Source: the human T2T-CHM13v2.0 reference genome, Homo sapiens. Taken from it: DNA of 64,000 nt. The notes beneath the pieces are model-generated. The model saw only the letters and a program-made list of their open reading frames with translations. It did no database searches and was not told where the DNA came from. The stretch is taken from the NCBI RefSeq assembly GCF_009914755.1, contig NC_060933.1. One strand, written 5' to 3'. Each line of letters starts with the position of its first letter. The stretch's first letter is position 1. Position numbers and translations under genes: made by a program. Below are positions 52,563 to 64,000 of the stretch, piece after piece.

Positions 52563-55500
52563 TGAGTTCCACTTTTGATATGGCAGCATGAGGAGCTCTG
52601 TGGACATGTTCCTCTCAGAAACTAGTGAAAATTAGTAAAACACACACACAAAACTATTAAAAGTCTGTGAAAATAGTTCAAAGGGCAAATGATGAAACAT
52701 TGATTTAAGAAAATGTACTAAGACGTGGTGGAAATAGTGAGAGTCTATAGTATCTGAACCCAGACTCACTCACTCCCCACTCCCAGCTCAGTGAGACAGA
52801 AACTGGACTCTAGGCTGATCCTCTCCAGAACATGGACCTCTATTACCCCACAACTCCCAGCTGAGGAGCTACCTAGGGCAAGATATCACCATTTCTCATA
52901 TTACTTCCACCTACCTGTTTCTGAGGCTAAGTTCTGGGCAAGTGAAGGCAAAATTGGATGTTCCTTTGTTTTCTGCTCAGTCTCCACTATATAGAATGAG
53001 GGCTCTACCTTGGACATTCATCACTAAGTATTAAAATTCCAGTCACCCATATCCCATTTGTTAAGGCAGTGAGTGGTTTCGTGCTGGGAGAGGGAAGCCT
53101 AGAAGACCTGAAGCTATCCTCATCCACTGAGCACTCAGTTTCTAAAATGAGGGGTGTCACTCATAGAGAAGTATACCATACCACTCACTGGCCGGAGCTG
53201 TTTTAGAAATTTTGCCTAGGTGGGGGAAAAGGCCTTAAAACAGATAGTTCTTAATCTCTTCCCCAAACAGACTGTTCCTAATCTCTGACTTAATTTGCAA
53301 AAGAATCAAGATCTCTCTCAAAGACAGTAGAGATTGTGATAAAATGTAATTGAGAGGATAGTAGAAAATATATTGGAAATATGGGCTAAACCATAGGCCA
53401 GCTAGTTTTCCGGAGATAAATTGAGAAAGAGACAGCTGAGAGGGACACTTCTGTGGTCAAAAGGGATCTTTAACAAAGACTTTAGAACTATTCCTTCAAA
53501 GGAGGCTGAACTTTATTGGATTAGCCTATATAGGAATTTATGCTCCAGGGCATTGTTGAAAACAATAGAACAGGTGGCCAGCAATTAGTGGAGTTTTACA
53601 GCTGGGTGTGGTCAGGTGAGAGACAGGCAAAGAGAGCCCTGCTAACACCACTGTCTTTCTCGAGTGAATGCTGGCACACCTATGGCTGTACCCACTAAGA
53701 AACAACATCAGAGGCTTAACAGTGTAGGTGGGAGTAAATGAATAGATTTTACTAAAAAAAAAAAAAAAAGCAACCAGTTACAAAACAAATATACCAGCAA
53801 ATTACAATAAGATTCAATGAGAAAGGTAACAGACCTAGAGGTGCTACAATATGTTATCTGAAATATTCTGTTTTCAACAAAAAAACAATGAACCATGAAA
53901 AAAAAAAAAAAGAAGAAGAAGAAGAAGAAGAAGAAAAGTATGGCCCATACACTGTAAAAAGAAAAAGCAACCTAAGCTGCCTAGGAGAGTAGATGTTAGA
54001 TATAATAAAGTATTCAAAGTGGCCATTATAAATATGTTCAAAGAACTAAAGGAAACCATGATTAAAGACGTAAAGTTAATATTAAATAAATAATATCAAT
54101 AAAAAGAGAAATTATTAAAATGAGCCAAATACAAATTCTGGAGTTGAAAAGTTTAACTGAAATAGAACATTCACTAGAGGGGCATGAGGATAACTTGTAA
54201 TAGATAGAAAAAACAGTTAAGAAACTTGAAGAGAGATCAGTAGGAAAGATTTCTTCCGAAGAACAGAGAGAAAAAGAATTGAAGAAAAATGAAAAAGAGT
54301 TTTATACATATGTAGGACGCCATTAAGCCTACCAACATGTACGTAACAGGAGCACATAAAGGGGAGAAAAAAAGGAAAGGAGCAGACAAAAATATTTTTA
54401 AAAATGACTCAAAATTTCCCAAATTTTTTGGAAAAAAACCCCCCAAAACTACACATTTAGGAAACTCAATAAATTTCAAGTAGGATAAATGCAGAGATCC
54501 ACAGATAGACACATTATAGTAAAAATGTTGTGAGCTAAAGATAAGGAAAATAGTTTGAAAGCAATAAGAAAAAGATGATTTGTCATTTACAATGGATCAC
54601 CCCCCCCCACCCCCGCCACACACATAAGATTAACAATATACCTCTCATCAGAAACAATGGGAGGCCGGAAGATAATGGAACAACTATTTAAAGTGCTCAA
54701 AGGAAAAACCTGTTAATCAAGAATCCTATGCAGAGGAAAGGGAACATTTGTACACTGTTGGTGGTATTGTAAATTAGTATAGCCATTTTAGAAAACTGTA
54801 TGAAAGATTCTTAAAAAACTAAAAATACAATTACCATATGATGGAGCAGCCCCATTTCTGGGTATATATCCAAAGGAGTTGAAATTGTGCTGAAGAGATG
54901 TCTGCACTCATTGTTTGCAATAACCAAGATTTGGAAACAACTCAAGTGTCCATTAACAAAGGGATTAAGAAAATGTGATCCATGTAAATAATGGAATACC
55001 ATGTAGCCTAGAAAAAGAAGAAAATTATGCCATGGGCTGCAACATCGATGAACCTAGAGGACATTATAGTAAGTGAAAAAAGACAAAGAGCAACAAATAC
55101 TGTACAATCTCACTTATATGCAGGATCTAAAAAAGCCAAATTTATAGAATTAGAAAGTAGAATGCTGGGTACTAGAGGCTGAGTGGGAGTAGACAAAAAA
55201 AGGTCAAAAGATACAAAATTTCAGTTAAACAAGAGAAATATGTTCTGTTGATCTATTGCACAGCATGATGACTATAGCTAATGTATGATATATTTCAAAA
55301 TGGCTGAAAGAGAGGATTTTAAATGTTCTTACCACAAAAAATAATAAATATATGAGGTAATGGATATGTTAATTAACCTGATTTGATCATGCCATAAGGT
55401 ATACATGTATTGAAACATCACATCATACCCTACAAATATCTAATTATTATTGTCAATTAAAAATAAAACTTAAAAAATAAAAATGCCCAAATTTAAATAC

Positions 55501-58200
55501 TTTAAAAAAGAATCATAAATTCAACAGAGCCATCTTTTAGAAATGAAAGGGAAATACAGACATTTCCAGTAAACAAAAACTGAAAGAATTTATTTTTTAT
55601 TAGCAGACCTAACTTACAAGAAAGGAAGTAAGTAAAGGATGCTCTTCTACTGAAAAGTGACTCCGGACAGTAATTTGAGTTCACATAAGAGCACCAAAAG
55701 GTAATTATGTAAATATAAAAACCAGTAAAAATGCATAGCTTTTTTTCTTCTTTTTTCTTAAGTGACTTAAAAAGGAATTTTATAAAATAACATGCATATA
55801 ATGCATTTTGGGCCTATAATATGCAGAAATGTAATATATCTGATAATAAGAGCACGAAGGTAGAAGATGGGAGGAAAGTGGTACAGGGCTAAGGAAATGT
55901 GGTATAGGACTCCAGATGAGAACTCTAAAGCTCAGATACAAGTGATGAGAACTAGAAAAATTGAAAGAGAAGGTTTTTGTAACAAAAGCAATAGTTACAT
56001 ACTTGTTCTCATTTATTATCTTAGCTGACAAAGGTCATCTATAAGAAACTCACAGCCAACAACATATTGAATGATGAAAGACAGAGTAGTTTTCCCCTAT
56101 AAGCAAGAACAACACAAAGATGTCTGTTCTTAGAACTTCTATTCAATATTGTACTGGCGGTTCTAGCCAGAATAATTGGGAAAGAAAAAGAAATAAAAAC
56201 ATCCAGGTTGAAAAAAATAAAGTCAAGACATCTCTATTTATAATTGATAGCATCTCATGTTTAGAAGATCCTAAGGAATGCACTAAAAACTATTAAAACT
56301 AGTAAATAAGTCAGCAGAGTTGCAGAATTTAAGATTATACATAAAAATCAATTGCATTTCTATATACTTGAACAGTCTGAAAATGAAATTAAGAAAACAA
56401 TTTATAATTTTATAAAAATAATAAATTTAATAAAATATAAAGTATAAGTATATATTAATAAGTATACATTTTAAAAGTATAAGTACAAAACTTATACTCT
56501 GAAAACTGTAAAATATCATTGAAAGAAATTAAAGAACATCTAAATGAATAGAAAATACCTTATGTTCATGGATTGTAAGACGTAAAATTGTTAAAATCAT
56601 AAGATTTCCCAAATCAATCTACAGGTTCAATGCAATACCTATCAAAATTCTAGCTGGCTTCTTTGTAGAAATTAACAAACTAATTCTAAAATTCACATGG
56701 GATTTCAAGAGACTTAGGAGACCCAAAACAACCTGAAAAAGAAGAATATATTTGAATAGCTGACATTTCTAGAATTCAAAACTTACTGCAAAGCAAAAGT
56801 AATCAAGACAGTGTGGTATTGGCATAAGGGTAGACAAGTAGATAAATATTACAAAATTGAGAGTTCAGAGATAAGTCTATGTGTCTATGGTCAACTGCTT
56901 TTCAGCCAGGGTGCCAATATCATTCAGTAGGAAAGCAATAGTCTTTTCACAAATGATGCTGGGAAACTCGATAGTCACATGCAAAAGAATGATTTCTTAC
57001 ACCACACTATGTGCAAAAATTAACTCAAAATGAATGAAAGATCTAAATGTAGGATCTATGGCTAGAAAACTTTTATAAGAAAACATAGTGATAAATCCTT
57101 GTTACCTCAGATTTAGTGATGGATTCTTAGATAAAATTCCAAAAGCATTATATCAAGAACAACAAGAGAAACAAGAGATAATTTGGAAATCAAAAGTTAA
57201 AAGCATTTGTTTCAGAGGACACAATCAAAATAGTGAAGACAACTCACAGAATGGGATAAAATATTCACAAATCATATATCTCATAAGAAATGAGTATCCA
57301 GAATATATATAGAATACTTCTAACTTGATAATAAAACAACAAATAACTCAATTAGAAAATGGACAGTGAAATTGAATGGACATTTATCCAAAGAAAATAT
57401 ACAAATGGCCAATAAAAATTTGCAAAGATTCCTGGCATCATTAGTCATCAGGAAAATGAAAATCAAAACAATGAGATACCACTTTATATCCAGTACAATA
57501 GATATAAACAGACAATAGCAAGCATTGATGAGGTTGCAGAAGTTGGAACCTTGATACATTGCTGCTAGTAGTGTAAAATAGGGCAGTCACTTTGGAAGAC
57601 AGTCTAAAAGTTTCTCAAGTGATTAAACAGAGTTACAATATTACTCTGCAGTTCCACTCCTAGGTGTATATCCAAGACAAATGAAAACATGCCCACACGA
57701 AAACGTATTCACAAATGTTGTATCGGTATTGTTCATAATAGCCAAAAGGTGAAAAGAAATCAAATATTCATCACTTAGTGAAAGGATAAATAAACTCTAG
57801 TATATGCATATAGTGAAATATTATTCAGCTGTAAAAAAGAATGAAGTAACTTATGCATACTATTAATATAACACAGATGAACCTTAAAAATATTATGCCA
57901 CATAAAGAAGCCAGTCACAAAATGCCACACATTATATGATTCTATCTATGTAAAATATACAGAATAGGCAAATTTATATAGAAAGAAAGTAGATTAATGT
58001 TTGCTTAGGGCTGTGATAATGAGATCCTTCCATTATCACAGTGGAAGTGAGTGAGAGTTAAAGGGTTAGGGGTATCTTTTTATGGTGATGAAAATGCTTT
58101 AAAGGTGGCTGTGGTTATAGTTGAACATATGAATGAATATAATAAACACCATTGAATTGTACACTTTAAGTTAGTAAGTTGTAAATTTCAATAGCTGTTT
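52563..58200 (+). mobile_element. Ancient L1M (L1MB/MC-class) with 5' region, ORF1 remnant, partial ORF2 and 3' UTR
   Basis: A-rich plus strand; ORF1-like sequence ~53950-55650; ORF2 RT and C-terminal-like sequence ~56030-57900 (e.g. TTCAATGCAATACCTATCAAAATTC, AATGAGATACCACTT); 3' UTR CATTGAATTGTACACTTTAA; all frames broken. Confidence 0.85.
54731..55485 (+). mobile_element. L1MA 3' fragment nested in the older L1M ORF1
   Basis: GAAAGGGAACATTTGTACACTGTTGGTGG ... TGTCAATTAAAAATAAAA; degenerate TSD AAGAATC(C/A)TA at 54719 and 55508. Confidence 0.85.
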
Positions 58201-60272
58201 AGGACATCAGTGACAGTTTAGTGATATATCATTATCAAAGTGACTCCCTGACTTATATAAGCACTGGACCTCAATGTTGGCAATAGTTATAATGATAAGA
58301 ATCACATTGATTTGCTGTATTTCAGATGTCTTAGACCGTTTTCTCTCCGTGTGTGTCCTTTCCTAGGGTATTTTGTGATGGCTTTCCCCATTAAAGGTTT
58401 CCCCATTGCTTAATTATTTGTTGATTTGTCTGATGGTACAGTGTAATGATAAAACTGGAATTTTTTTTAAAAACTGAGTTTGAATTCCAGCTTTACTGGA
58501 TTTAGCTATATGAAAAAGTGCATGTGTATATCCAGGTTTTAGTTTTCACATTTTTTAAAGTGATTTCTTTAGCCTCATGGCAAGAAGAGCTTCCGTTCTT
58601 GGCAATTTGATTCCATATAATGGTAGAACATGGTCAAACCCGTACCAATTGACCCAGCCAAGTTTCCTGGCATCTGACTTAATAATGATATTATTCTTTG
58701 TCTTTGCAGTAATGGTGATATTGATAGTGGAGTGAGGTGGGCAGGACATGCTGTGGACTAGCATTTTCAGAGCTATGTTCTCAATTGTCTACTTCCCTGT
58801 GCATCTGTTTTTTTTCTCTTTGATTTCTTATACATGATTTACCACTTTTCTTTTATAATGCCCTTCTCTTCAGACTTTTCAGCTTGTTAATAAAGTCAGT
58901 TTTCATGTTTTGACCGCAGAACCCATCTCTCTCCTTATCATCTCATTGTGTTACCCGTAGCACAGTATGCTCCCTGTTTGCATGGGGCTGATTTGTCTGC
59001 ACCTGCAGTTCACAGGGGCATGACTGAAATCTGTAGGGGAGACCTAGTCCAGCTGACATAAACTCACATTTTTATTGGACACATTATACTTCCAGTTCAC
59101 AGACTGAATCTTTTAACAGTTTACATACTGTTGATCATAAGTAGGAGTACAGATATTCCTTTGCACCCCACACCCACCATGACCAAAAAACCTAAAATAA
59201 GTTGATCAGGAATGCTGAATTATGAGTTTCATTTTCCCACATGAAGGACAGGGCAGTTCAAAATACAGAATTCCAATCTTACCATTGCCTCCTGTGTAAA
59301 GAGAGATGGAAGTCACACATAAAGATTCTATAGATCAGCATTGAGCATTCTGCAACCATATGTTGCCCTCAGCTTTGCCATATGGCTCTGAGTCTAATTT
59401 CAAACTCACTTTTCAGCACATTTAAAGGTGAGGGATTTGGATACGAATAAACTACCTCTGTGGAAACCACTTTTCGAGAACAGAAGGGAGATTTTAGAAT
59501 GGCCAGTCCCCTGGCATGTGCTCCTCAGTTGGGCTGGGACAAAGCGAATGTTTGTGATTGGTGGAAATGACACAAATGCCTATTGGGAAGCTCCAAGGCA
59601 GCTGGGCCTATGGGCTTCACTGTGCAGCCTTGATAATGGCGTCCAGATCACCTCAGAAGAAGAAAATGGGGAGAGTGTTCACTTAAGCTCCTAGAGAATG
59701 AGGATTTATTTTTCTTCTAGTTGCATCATTCTTGTGCTTCACATTGTACTTTATTATAGGGTCAAATCATTTTATTTTGTTTGGGGAAGTTGTGTTATAT
59801 ATAGTTTCCCAATATTTACATTTCAAAATGTATCCTGCTATCAAATTCATTCATTCATTTTAGTCTCTTCCTCCCTTCCTTTCTCTCTCTTCTTTCGTTC
59901 CATTCTTTATTCCTTCCTTCCTTCCTTTCATTCTTCCTTCCTTTAGTCTATTTTTACTACAAGGTGACATGCTATGTAGATTACATATATGTGCAAGGCA
60001 AAGTTCATATCCTGAGGGAATTCCTGATTTGGGGGGAATATGAGCTGTGATAAAATGCCCTTCAATACAGAAGAGTATGCATAAGACCCAGGACCATATT
60101 TCTAAAGAAAAGCAAGATAACTTTTACTTGGTATGCATGAGTGTGTGAGACTGGGAGTAGATGATGCTTTTTAGAAGGAACGGGAAGACTCTATAGAGGA
60201 GATGGACTTTGAGGTGAGCCTGAAGACAAGGAGGATAAATTTTGTTTTTTGTTTTTTCCAAACACCCTTAGT

Positions 60273-60595
60273 CAGAGGTCCCCAGTACCTGGGCCGTAGA
60301 CTGGTACCAGTCTGTGGCCTGTTAGGAACCAAGCCACGCAGCAGGAGGTGAGTGGTGGGCAAGAGAGCATTATTGCCTGAGCTCCACCTCCTGTCAGATC
60401 AGCAGTGGCGTTAGATTTTACAGAAGCGTGAACCCTATTGTGAACTGTACATGCGAGGGATCTAGGTGTTGCACTCCTTATGAAAATCTAATGTCTGATG
60501 ATCTGAGGTGGAACAGTTTCATCCTGAAACCAACACGGAAAAAATTCGTCTTCCACGAAACTGGTCCCTGATGCCCAGAAGATTGGGGATTACTG
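60273..60595 (+). mobile_element. MER1B hAT-Charlie element
   Basis: CAGAGGTCCCCA ... TGGGGATTACTG TIRs, GGCCTGTTAGGAACC body, degenerate 8-bp TSD CCCTTAGT/CCCTAGGT. Confidence 0.92.
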
Positions 60596-62965
60596 CCCTA
60601 GGTCACCACCCCTTTCCATACTCAATATCAGGAACCCTGCTTAAGGTGATATGTACTTATTTATGTTGTGTTGAAAGTAAACTCCAACATACAAAGGAAC
60701 AGGAGTTTTATCAGCTGTTTGCTGTGCATTTTCTTGTCATGGAAACCTCCAACTGACTAAAAGATGTAGGATGTTAAGAAACCAACCTAGAATAAATAGT
60801 TTGTGATCAGAAAGATACGGTGGATATTATTTTTACATGAGTAATGAGAGTAATGTAAAATTACTTTTACATGAGTAATGAGAAGTCTATATTAAGCATT
60901 AACATAGACTAAACACATCTTAAAATTACCATAATCTTAGCCTATATAATCTCATTTTCTCCTTGCAACTAGTACAGAGAAGGAAACTAAAGCTTATAAA
61001 GTTAAGTGATTATTTGAAGTCACACAGCTAGGAAGTGATGGAGCAAGTACCAGAAGCCAAGATTTCCAATCTAATGCAGAGTCCATGAATTTCAGTTATT
61101 ATTCCATGCCATGTCATTGAGAATATTAGTTTATGGAAGCATTCACTGGACATTTAGTCTGAGCTCTAGAGGAGCTAAAGGAAAAAGATATGGTTGCTTT
61201 GGCATAAATCAAAAGGGCAGAGTCAAAATTGAAGCATATTTATGTTTAGTACTCTCAACATACTTTTATGTTACCCTGAATGACATATTTTTATGTTACC
61301 CTGAATGCAATTCCTTCCCATAATGTCACATCTAACCTTTTATTTTTTATCTTTATCTCTGTATCTTCCTTCTCACTAGAGCTCCAACCTTCTAATACCA
61401 AGGCACTAGGAGGGTTTTTTCTTTTTCTTTTTTTAAAATTTAAATGTTGACTCAAAGAAAGAGAGGAGGCAGGTACTCATACAGCATAAAATACAAAAAT
61501 TTTGGTGGAAGAGTTTCACCTTCAGTAAGCACCCCATCTTTTAGTTTACTTTAATTTTTCTGCTCACCTGGTGGTCATTCTACCAAGGCAGCCTCTTAAC
61601 ATCATCCACTACTCCTTAGAATTTGTAGATTCTTTGTCTTTCTACCCATTAACAACACCAAGCCAAGCAGAGAATAACTAACAACTCATGTTGAAGTTTG
61701 TGGCTAATAGAATGCCTATACTTCAGAAGGAAAAGAAGAGTTAAGGATCAAAAGTCTGTCGGGGTGGGAGACAGCAAGTAAGGAGCAGAGTCTGAGAGGA
61801 ACACAATTCTGTAGCAGAAGAAGTAGCTCACATGAGGTCTCTCACAAAAGCTAAGGATAAAGCTGAGGACATCCCGAGGATCAATGAAAAAAAAGTTAAT
61901 TTTATTAGGGATGTTGCTGTGAATCCTGCACCATTCTTTGGACTATGTATAGATTGGAATATATCTTTTGAACCTCAAGGAAATTGCACACTAGATACTT
62001 TTCTGTGCTCCATGTGTATTTGCCCAACTTGCATATTTGTCCATCATTTCCCAGTCCGATTACTTCCAGATTCATAGACTTCTCCAGAATGGAAGGTAGA
62101 AGAAAAGAAGAGTAATTGTAGAATAAACCAGCTACTTGACAAGTAATGTAAGTTACTCATGCCCTGACCCCATTCCTTCCAAAAACACATGTCATACACC
62201 TCTGGGTTACGCAAGCATGTGCTGTCCACAGTGATGTGTTATAAGGTGACTTGCAAGTCTAGCCTAGGATTGTGTCAGATACCAGCTCAAAGTATTTCAT
62301 CACAGGTTGTCTTCTAGAAAAAGACAGAATAAATTCCTTTTAGATTTTTCCTTCTTTTTCTCAGTGGAAGTTGCTAAAAAGAGGAGAAATGTGATTGACC
62401 AGTCATCAAAAAAAATGGCTGATTACATATAATCTACTAATTCCTGCATTCATTTAATGTTAATTGAGCACTTATCATGTACTGATAACAAACAAACACT
62501 AGCTACAACTCTGAATGTAACAGATCCAATCTGTCCTCACTTGGATCTTATTAGCCTGTATATGAAATAAGACCCAAGTCAATTGAGACTATTACCAGGA
62601 GTTATCTTCACAATCACTGATACAACTAACATGCATTAAACTTCTCCTAGGTATTACTGGGCACTGTGATAGGCATAGGGTGTACAGAGATGCACTAGAT
62701 TTGGCTTCTGTCATAAGGGGGCTAAAAGCCTAGTGGGAAAGAAAGATAATCCCTCTTGAACATGAGAGATGGTTGCTGTGGGAGGACTGAAGAAAAGGTG
62801 ACAAATGCCTACTTGGAGACGTTGGGCATGTATCACTAAGATGCAAAGTCTTAACAATGTCCTACAATGCCCTAAGTAATCTACCTGGCAACGTGTGCCT
62901 CTCTACACTGGTTGGTTCTAGCACTTCCTGTCTCTGGATCTTTGGACTGGCTTATCCTTCTAACT

Positions 62966-63176
62966 CAGGGCTTCTCAACCTTGGCACTACTGATATTTTA
63001 GGCTGGGGGACTGTCCTGGATCTAGCACATAGTGAGATGTTTAGCAGCATCCCTGGCCTCTACTCAGTGGATACCAGCAGCAACACCTCCAACCCCCAAG
63101 TTACGACAAACACAAATGTCTCAAGAGATTGCAACATGCCCCCTGGGGCAAAATCATTTCCAGTTGAGAACTACTA
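62966..63176 (-). mobile_element. MER20 hAT-Charlie element inserted in L2
   Basis: CAGGGCTTCTCAACC ... AGTTGAGAACTACTA; perfect 8-bp TSD TTCTAACT. Confidence 0.92.
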
Positions 63177-63283
63177 TTCTAACTGGGGTGTTTCTCTCCA
63201 AAGTATCTGCATAGCCAGGGACTCCTTCCAGAATTGGCTCAAAATATCACTTTCTCAAAAAGACCCACACTGATTGTCCTATA

Positions 63284-63548
63284 TTTGATAGCACAATAGG
63301 ATGACTAAAGTCAATAATAGCTCAATTGTACATGTTGAAATAATTTGAGTGTAACTAGATTGTTTGTAACTCAGACAATAGGACTTGAGGGGATAGATAC
63401 CCCATTGTTCATGATGTGTTTATTTCACATTGAATGCCTGTATCAAACATCTCATATACCCCATAAGTATATACACCTACTATGAACCCACATAAATAAA
63501 GAGATAAATAAATAAATAGAGAGAAAATAAATACATAAATAAATAAAA
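63284..63548 (+). mobile_element. L1MA 3' end fragment
   Basis: GATAGCACAATAGGATGACTA...GGGGATAGATACCCCATT...TATACACCTACTATG with (AAAT)n tail. Confidence 0.85.
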
Positions 63549-63549
63549 C

Positions 63550-63800
63550 TCCAATACCACACACCACTCTTCATTCCCCTCACTCTCTTAAATTTTTGTC
63601 TATAGATCCTAACATCTTCGGACCTACTATATAATGCACTTATTTATAATTATTATCATCTCTCTACTAATTAGAATATACATTCAACTTGAGTGAGAGG
63701 GACTGCTTTCTTCACTGTTGTAGTCTTCTGCCCAGAACAGTGCCTGGCAAAATGTTAACCATCCATACATATTTGGTGTATAAATAAATGAATGAATTAT
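63550..63800 (+). mobile_element. L2 3' end
   Basis: TTCACTGTTG...CCCAGAACAGTGCCTGGCA...AAATGAATGAAT. Confidence 0.75.
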
Positions 63801-64000
63801 GGTCAACATTTGTGTAAAGTTGTAACATTTACAAATACATCCACACACAAGATCTCATTTACCCCTCAGATAATATTATTAATTAGGCCATAGTGTTATT
63901 TTTGTTGTATGGTTTAAGGAAACTCAATGATGTTAAAAATTAGTGACACCCACAAAAAATGATGATGCCAGAAAGTAAAAAGGATAATGAAATATTTTAA

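Noticed and set aside
62857-63273. 138-aa ORF
   Set aside because: Spans L2 and MER20 remnants; chance open frame.

Overview
Primate (almost certainly human) non-coding euchromatic DNA, AT-rich and dense in interspersed repeats. I find no intact protein-coding gene, RNA gene or CRISPR array. The only recognisable host-gene sequence is a decayed processed pseudogene of RPL35A (minus strand, ~51.04-51.47 kb). Mobile elements include ten Alus, a complete ERV9 solo LTR (LTR12 family, 7733-9126, 4-bp TSD), a 2.1-kb 5'-truncated L1PA whose ORF2 remnant is open for >400 codons and is fused in frame to a flanking MIR-derived ATG, a ~5.6-kb ancient L1M with a nested L1MA, THE1/MST/MLT LTRs, hAT and Tc1/mariner DNA-transposon remnants (MER20, MER1B, MER5, Tigger1, half MADE1), and many MIR/L2 fragments. 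Nearly all six-frame ORFs are repeat-derived or chance. The best leads are: a possible spliced plus-strand transcript (GA-repeat first-exon-like segment at ~11.4 kb, exon-like segments at 16685-16810 and 22228-22288); the LTR12 as a minus-strand promoter; a tail-less, TSD-less Alu; a 52-bp dispersed duplication beside the LTR; and several small duplication scars with inverted spacers. I see no evidence for a genuinely new biological system. Subfamily calls come from recalled consensus sequences, and boundaries of old repeats are approximate.
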